Shown: positions 45,779 to 51,487 of the stretch, in pieces
Position numbering within the stretch: position 1 is the first letter of the stretch
Layout: every line of letters begins with the position of its first letter
Virus record (IMG/VR): IMGVR_UViG_3300027896_000059
Span: 1 to 51,487 of that record
Direction: 5' to 3' (one strand)
Length of the DNA stretch: 51,487 nt
Source: a virus
Taxonomy: Duplodnaviria > Caudoviricetes
Position numbers and translations under genes: made by a program
The notes under the pieces: generated by a model
Database searches by the model: none
Told to the model about the DNA's origin: nothing
What the model saw: the letters and a program-made list of their open reading frames with translations, nothing else

Positions 45779-46151
45779 AGGACTTGGTGAATCGCTTGCG
45801 AGGCTCTTCGTCTGCTGGCTTTGGGAGGACTTTGAGTTTTGGCGTTTCTGGTACTTCCGCTTCTGCTTTAATTCCCTCGGATTCGGGGGAATTGGATTCG
45901 TTGGTTGCTGGGTCGTTTCCATCTTCTTCTTGGGGTAGTTGTCCGTACTGTTTGGCATATCGTAGCGTCTCTACGACAAAATAATTACGCTGTTCTAGCA
46001 GAGCGATAACGATAGCTTGATAAAAGCTGACCTCTGGCAGCTTGTTCTTTTCTCCCTGCTCTCGGATTTCACGGAGGTTGAGATCGCCAGGGAACTCAGA
46101 TTGCTCAAAGGGATATTTAAGGGACGGAGGTAGAATGTACTTTTTAGACAT
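45756..46151 (-). CDS. Hypothetical protein
   Basis: AGCAACCAC leader directly before ATG. Confidence 0.6.
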   Translation of the reverse strand: MSKKYILPPSLKYPFEQSEFPGDLNLREIREQGEKNKLPEVSFYQAIVIALLEQRNYFVVETLRYAKQYGQLPQEEDGNDPATNESNSPESEGIKAEAEVPETPKLKVLPKPADEEPRKRFTKSYGEENQS

Positions 46152-46210
46152 AGTGGTTGCTGAAGTGAAGCTATAGACTTCCCGATTTAAGGAAAGTTGG
46201 CAAGAGTAAT

Positions 46211-49200
46211 TTAGAAGCCACCAAAAGGATTAGATGATGCCTTGCGTCCAGAGTGACTTCCCCTTGGTTTTGAAGTTGGCAATTTACTGCGCAACCCAGG
46301 CAATCCCTTCATCATTTCCTGACCAAATGTTTTTGGAGAACGCTTAATTGGCTCTGCTTCTATCATATCAATGAAATTCTTTGGTTGTGATTCTGTATCC
46401 ATTTTTGCGGCTACGTCTTGAACGGCTCCAGGGATAATCATATCACGAAGAGTTTGCCCTATTTTTTGACCAGCAGTTGTGTATGGAGAGAAGAAACGAG
46501 TTGCCGCTTGTGCAGGAGGAAGACTACCTAATCCAGATACAAACATACTAAAGAAAGCTGGCTCTGAAAGACTGCTCCATTTGCTGTTTGGATTATTGCG
46601 AACAGATTTATCATACATCCTTCGTGCGTCAGCAACCATGTTCATATATGTAGCAACAGGGCCATGACCTAAAGGACGAGCAATCTTTATTCCACCAAGT
46701 TCCATCTCTCCCTTTTTGAGATCCTTGTTTTCGGGAGCATTAGGGCCAACATTATTTACTATTCCTCCAAATTGATTTGCATTTTTCCATGCATACGCAC
46801 CAAGTGCAATACCAAGAGTTCCATACTTGAATGCTCTCATTATTTGCTCTGCTTCTTGATTAGTTAAAGTCTCCGATCCATTTGCCAACTTTCCTTCTTT
46901 TGCGGCTATTCCAATCCTTGTGCCAGCCTCTAAAAGACCACCAATCAATCGCATTTTCCTAATAGCGATATTTGTTGGAACATTCATAACAGGCATAGCA
47001 ATATCCATTAACGCAGATACGAATTTTCCAAGGCGAGGAGATTGTTTATTTGTTTCAAATCCCTTCATTAAACCTCTAATTCCACGAGTAATAAAATTAT
47101 CTCCCATGAAAATATCCATGTTTGCATCATTAACTGCTTCAGATGCCAAAGTTTTATAAAGAACTTCATCGTGAGTAGGATCTAGCCCCATTTTTTCAGC
47201 GGCATCTATTCGTAATTGCAAAGAACGAGAAAAGATACCTTGACGTACTGGTTCTTTCATTGCTCCGTGAACATTCTCAACCATTCTCACGAATGCTGGA
47301 TCGTAATTGTTCTTTCCTCCATAAAGCCAATCAATATCAGCCTTACCTTTAATTAATTTACTCCAAACATCCTTTGCGGATGTTATAATTCCATAAACAC
47401 CTTTGAGTTCTGATTTTGCACTTAATCCACCTTCATAAACAGCTTTTCTTCTAATAGAATCAAGCGTTTTATTGAAACGGAAAAGTTGAGCGAGCGTAGA
47501 AGATACTGGTCGAGTGACGATATTTTCAACAGCGGCTCCAGCCAAATGCTCCAAAACAGTAACGTGACTAAGAATGTTAAAGCGATTTAATGCAGATATT
47601 GCATCAAGAACTTTATTAACAGCAGGTCTATTTGCTTTCTCAAAATCAGCCCTACGCTTGTCAATACGATCTTTTATCTTTTGAGCTTCAATCCTTAATT
47701 TCTTGGTTTCTTCAGATGGTTCAATGGGAGCCTTTTTTTCTGGCTTACTAAAATCTCCATTCTTTTGACGTTCTTCTTCTTGTTTTAATTGCTCCAGCCT
47801 ATTTCTGGCTCGTGTTTCTTGCCCCTTGCGAATCCTCTCTTCTGGAGAAACAGCTTTTGCAACCCTCTTCTTTACTGATTTAGAACCCTTGGATTCTTTA
47901 TCAACTTGTTGCTCATTATATTCTTTAGATTTATTAAAAATATCATTTAGGTATGGCTTGATCTTATCTCCAAACTCTCCAATCATCTTAGAAGACCAAT
48001 CTGCAAATTTTGTTGTTCCTTCAAGGAGATGATCAGCACCAATAATTGCATAGTCAGCTATTTCAGTTGGATCTACTCCAGTAAATAGTCTTCCCTCTGC
48101 TCTGCGTTGCCTAATCCTTTCCCTTGCGGCATCAGCGGCTGTAGAAACATTTCTTCTAACCCTATCAACTAGGCTTTGAATATATGGATCAACCTGAGGA
48201 GCGTTCTTTATTTCTTGCTCTGCTTTTTTCTGTTCCTGTTTGTTGGCTTCTTTTTCCTGCCTCTCTGCTATCTCTTTATCAATTTCAGTAAGACGCTTTG
48301 TTTCTTCAGCAAGTTTTGTTTTCTCATTTGAAGTAAGTGGTTTTCTCTTTGCGGCAGTAGCAAGTCTTTCTTGCGTTGCAAATGTGTAATCTTGATGAAG
48401 CAAAGCTTGCCTCCAACGTCCCTCTCTACCCCATTCACTTCCCCTATCTTTGATTGCTTGAAGAAGATCATGGTACGCTTTGCTTGCATTATCATAGGCA
48501 AGACCCTTTTCAAATCTCTGTTCTGGACTTCCTTCAGTTAGTCCTTCTGCCATTTTGTTAAGGCTATTGAATAGATCAGTCTTATGTTTTAAGAGTAAAG
48601 CCGATTCATCGCCAGTTAATGATCTTCTAGGATCAGCAATGAGAGATTCTGCCAATCTTTGTCCCGCCAATGGATCTTCTGCACTTGTGGCTTTAGCGCG
48701 ATCCATTGCGGCAGTCATTTCTTGTTCGTCTTGTTGAGTAAGTTCTGGCAAACCAAGAGCTTTTGCTTCTGCTTCTGCACTAGCGTTCTTTATAGAAATC
48801 TTTTCTCCTTGCCCTTCAGATGCAACCCCAGCATACGGAGCAGGAGGCTTCTCCTTGCCTGTAGCTCCAGCGTAGAGATCAGATGCCTCGCGTGATGTAA
48901 TGCCTGGGAATTTTTGAGACAAGATGTTCTGCATCTCATCTTCTGTAATGGGAGTACCTCGACCTTTTAAGAGGGCATCAGCGGCCCTCTTGGCAAACGC
49001 TTCCCGATCAGTAGGTGGCTTTGGAGCGTATTTTGCTGATTCTTCTTGCGTTGGTTCAGATTCTTTTTTTGAAAACTTAACCATTTCATTTTCAGAACCA
49101 TTATAACCTAAAGCATCTGTTCTTTGCTTATATGATGATTCTCCAGATGTTATTTTTTTGTATATTTCATCTGCAATTTTAGGAGAGAAAATATTCTTAA

Positions 49201-51361
49201 TTGCCTCAAGTATAGATGTGTACACCTTTTTTGCATAACCAAGAATGTTTTTAACTGGTTCATCCATATCATAATAACTTGACATGGATTTATCTTTCAT
49301 GGTTTCAGCAAACCATTCATCAATATCTCTAAATCTATAATTCTCGTTGTTAAATTTTATTTGATATTGTTTTTTCCCATTCTTCAAAACGGGTTTTCCA
49401 TTGTTATCAACAATTAGATTTGTATATTTCTCTGCAGTTTCTTTATCAACAAACTTTCTCCAATCATTATACTGATCTTCATTTAATGTATCTCTTCCAA
49501 TCAACGCCTTAAACCAAGGGTTCTTTTGGACATATTCATTTTGCTCTTTTAGATATTGCTTGCTTACTTTTTGTAAATCTTCTTCTGGAACAAACCTAGA
49601 AAGAGAATGCCATAATTCATGCAGGAATGTTTCATCAAAACCATTTGGCCCTTTTTCTATTGCACTTCTAACAAGAGTTATAATTCCATCTGCAAAATTG
49701 AAAAAACCTTGAGCATCTTTACTAGATTTTTGCCTAATAGACAAAGCGACATCAGATAAATAGTCGTCATGGAGGGTATTTACAAACTGACGCATTGCTT
49801 CTGCTTCATGCGTTGTAATTCTGCCAAATGCTTCTTCGGCAGATATTCTTTTCAATAATGTTTCTTTTCCCCTGCTTGCTTTAATTCTTTCTTCTTGTGG
49901 GACAAATTTCTTCTTTTGATATTGGGAAATATTCTTTTCAAGATCAGCAACTCGCTTTTTGGCTTCCTCTATTTCTTTTACTATATCTCTTTTAGCTTCA
50001 GCTTCTCGCTGTGCCTGTTCACGAGAACGCCCTCCCGTATCAAATCCACCACCAATATCTTTGTTCCAGTTATCCCGAACGCTGGCCCAGATGTCTTTAA
50101 GGAAGTCCCGAACGCCTTCTCCTAGTCGTGAGATCATCCCATTAGACCAATCCTTGAAGGAAGTAGCTCCTTTTCTAACAGCGTCACCAACTTTTATTGC
50201 GGCATCTTTAACAAAATCTGGGAACTCAAAAAATGCACCCTCTCCACGGAGTTGTCCATTAAGTAATTTACGAGCTTCTTCTTCAGCTATTCTTTCATAG
50301 GCAAGAGGATTGCTTTTCTTCAAAGCCGCCATCTTTTTAGCTTGTTCTTCAAGTGCCTTTTGTTGCGCTTCTCTTGCTTTGGTTTCTTCTTTTATCTTTT
50401 TAGCAGTTTCATATGCCTCTTGAATTTGTTCCAATAACTCATATGGACTTTTCCCTATAGCATCTGAAACTTTGTCAATCAACAATCCATCTCTTGAAAA
50501 GATTAAATCACGAACTTCTTTTGGAAATTTATTCTTATAGAAAAAGTCATAATTTGAACCTCCCTTTTCTATAACTCCAGATTTTACCAACTTCCTGTAT
50601 GTAGCTGGATCAAGAATCTTGTTCTCTAGTACATAACTTAATCCATTGGCTCCTTCTCCAAAAACCTCTTGAGCTTTGTCTTTTGGCGCATTGCTCTTTG
50701 GTGCTTTTTCTTCAGCTTTTGCGCCATGTCTTTGCTCTTCAATTTTTACCTCATTGATCAGCTTTTCAACTTCTGGCTCAACATCAGCTCCAACATCCAT
50801 GGCATCATGGAATCTATCTATAGCATCCTTTAGGTACTGATTGCGTTGCTTCCTAGCAACCTTAGATATTTCAGCTACAAGTTCTTGGGGAGTATTAATG
50901 GAATCTTCTTCTCCACTTTCATATCGACGCAATACTTCTGTATAAGGATTTGTTTCTGGAGCTTCAGGCTTTGGAGGCTTTGGATTACCAGCTTCAGCAT
51001 CAATCTTATCAAGTAGAACTTTCTCTGCTTGTTGCTCGTCAGTAAGAACTACTTCTTTTTGCGGCTCTTCCTTGCTTGTGACAGGGCGATTGCCACCGCC
51101 TGTTTCTGTGGCTTGCCGTGTTTCATTTCCGTTCGGATATTCTGGCTTATTACCTTCTTCGACTTTCCTTGTTTCAAGGGCATTTTCTTCTGTTGGTTGT
51201 GCTTCAGCTATAGGAGCTTCAGCGGGTTTGGTTAACGCATCAATCTGTTGTTGGTATTCATTCCATTTCTCAGAACCTTCCTCATGAAAAATCTGTTCTG
51301 TAAGTAAGCTAGTCAAATCTTTTGCAGGAGCGGTAGGTGCAATAGGCGCAGTCTCTACAGG
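46211..51361 (-). CDS. C-terminal part of the ~2097-aa internal virion/polyvalent protein (HExxH domain)
   Basis: Open frame to the junction; FLHELWH...DEWFAE; duplicated F.DWS..MI...G..V/I...L.DI helix; coiled coils. Confidence 0.85.
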   Translation of the reverse strand, partial: PVETAPIAPTAPAKDLTSLLTEQIFHEEGSEKWNEYQQQIDALTKPAEAPIAEAQPTEENALETRKVEEGNKPEYPNGNETRQATETGGGNRPVTSKEEPQKEVVLTDEQQAEKVLLDKIDAEAGNPKPPKPEAPETNPYTEVLRRYESGEEDSINTPQELVAEISKVARKQRNQYLKDAIDRFHDAMDVGADVEPEVEKLINEVKIEEQRHGAKAEEKAPKSNAPKDKAQEVFGEGANGLSYVLENKILDPATYRKLVKSGVIEKGGSNYDFFYKNKFPKEVRDLIFSRDGLLIDKVSDAIGKSPYELLEQIQEAYETAKKIKEETKAREAQQKALEEQAKKMAALKKSNPLAYERIAEEEARKLLNGQLRGEGAFFEFPDFVKDAAIKVGDAVRKGATSFKDWSNGMISRLGEGVRDFLKDIWASVRDNWNKDIGGGFDTGGRSREQAQREAEAKRDIVKEIEEAKKRVADLEKNISQYQKKKFVPQEERIKASRGKETLLKRISAEEAFGRITTHEAEAMRQFVNTLHDDYLSDVALSIRQKSSKDAQGFFNFADGIITLVRSAIEKGPNGFDETFLHELWHSLSRFVPEEDLQKVSKQYLKEQNEYVQKNPWFKALIGRDTLNEDQYNDWRKFVDKETAEKYTNLIVDNNGKPVLKNGKKQYQIKFNNENYRFRDIDEWFAETMKDKSMSSYYDMDEPVKNILGYAKKVYTSILEAIKNIFSPKIADEIYKKITSGESSYKQRTDALGYNGSENEMVKFSKKESEPTQEESAKYAPKPPTDREAFAKRAADALLKGRGTPITEDEMQNILSQKFPGITSREASDLYAGATGKEKPPAPYAGVASEGQGEKISIKNASAEAEAKALGLPELTQQDEQEMTAAMDRAKATSAEDPLAGQRLAESLIADPRRSLTGDESALLLKHKTDLFNSLNKMAEGLTEGSPEQRFEKGLAYDNASKAYHDLLQAIKDRGSEWGREGRWRQALLHQDYTFATQERLATAAKRKPLTSNEKTKLAEETKRLTEIDKEIAERQEKEANKQEQKKAEQEIKNAPQVDPYIQSLVDRVRRNVSTAADAARERIRQRRAEGRLFTGVDPTEIADYAIIGADHLLEGTTKFADWSSKMIGEFGDKIKPYLNDIFNKSKEYNEQQVDKESKGSKSVKKRVAKAVSPEERIRKGQETRARNRLEQLKQEEERQKNGDFSKPEKKAPIEPSEETKKLRIEAQKIKDRIDKRRADFEKANRPAVNKVLDAISALNRFNILSHVTVLEHLAGAAVENIVTRPVSSTLAQLFRFNKTLDSIRRKAVYEGGLSAKSELKGVYGIITSAKDVWSKLIKGKADIDWLYGGKNNYDPAFVRMVENVHGAMKEPVRQGIFSRSLQLRIDAAEKMGLDPTHDEVLYKTLASEAVNDANMDIFMGDNFITRGIRGLMKGFETNKQSPRLGKFVSALMDIAMPVMNVPTNIAIRKMRLIGGLLEAGTRIGIAAKEGKLANGSETLTNQEAEQIMRAFKYGTLGIALGAYAWKNANQFGGIVNNVGPNAPENKDLKKGEMELGGIKIARPLGHGPVATYMNMVADARRMYDKSVRNNPNSKWSSLSEPAFFSMFVSGLGSLPPAQAATRFFSPYTTAGQKIGQTLRDMIIPGAVQDVAAKMDTESQPKNFIDMIEAEPIKRSPKTFGQEMMKGLPGLRSKLPTSKPRGSHSGRKASSNPFGGF

Positions 51362-51487
51362 CTTTGGGGCTTCTGGAATAGGAGCCTGGGCATCAGCGGA
51401 GGCATTGATAGCGGCTTCCTTCTCGTTTACAGAAGGGTTAGCAGAAGGGGAAACTTTAGGAGCAGGGCCGCCTAAATCTTTATTTGT
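51362..51487. repeat. 126-bp terminal direct repeat, copy 2
   Basis: Identical to 9-134. Confidence 0.95.

Noticed and set aside
45779-45958. 203-nt dual-coding overlap of two minus-strand ORFs
   Set aside because: A downstream ATG at 45778 gives a normal short overlap; the extension is low-complexity.
1-51487. Stop-codon reassignment
   Set aside because: Genes tile densely under the standard code with TAA, TAG and TGA stops; the tRNA is an ordinary Gln(TTG), not a suppressor.

Overview
The window appears to be a complete, circularly assembled genome (~51.35 kb) of a tailed dsDNA phage with podovirus-like gene order. Positions 9-134 repeat exactly at 51362-51487, and the first 8 nt look like an Illumina adapter remnant. 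The minus strand (26014->1, continuing 51361->44077) carries portal, scaffold, major capsid, decoration/fibre genes, a lysis cassette (GH108 lysin, holins, u-spanin-like lipoprotein), three paralogous tail fibres, nozzle and adaptor, ejection proteins, a ~2097-aa polyvalent-type virion protein split by the window edge, and a two-domain glycosyltransferase. The plus strand carries terL, an accessory cassette (ArgZ/DDAH-like pentein enzyme, MazG-like protein, metallophosphoesterase, HExxH protein, tRNA-Gln, with an anti-TRAP-like gene on the opposite strand), and the early and recombination genes (RHH, ERF, Cas4-like nuclease, SSB-like, HNH, DNA MTase). terS is isolated on the minus strand. I recognised no integrase, repressor, polymerase, primase or helicase. 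Four things stand out: (i) the amino-acid/nitrogen-themed cassette between terL and terS; (ii) three ORF-free structured non-coding regions (28030-28330, 33585-33390, 21394-21118), two behind clear promoters and one ending in a G6-ATTAA-G7 tract that could prime replication; (iii) genome-wide synonymous avoidance of GCWGC, GGWCC and CCGG; (iv) Cys-rich virion proteins. All family assignments come from motif recognition by eye; no searches were run.
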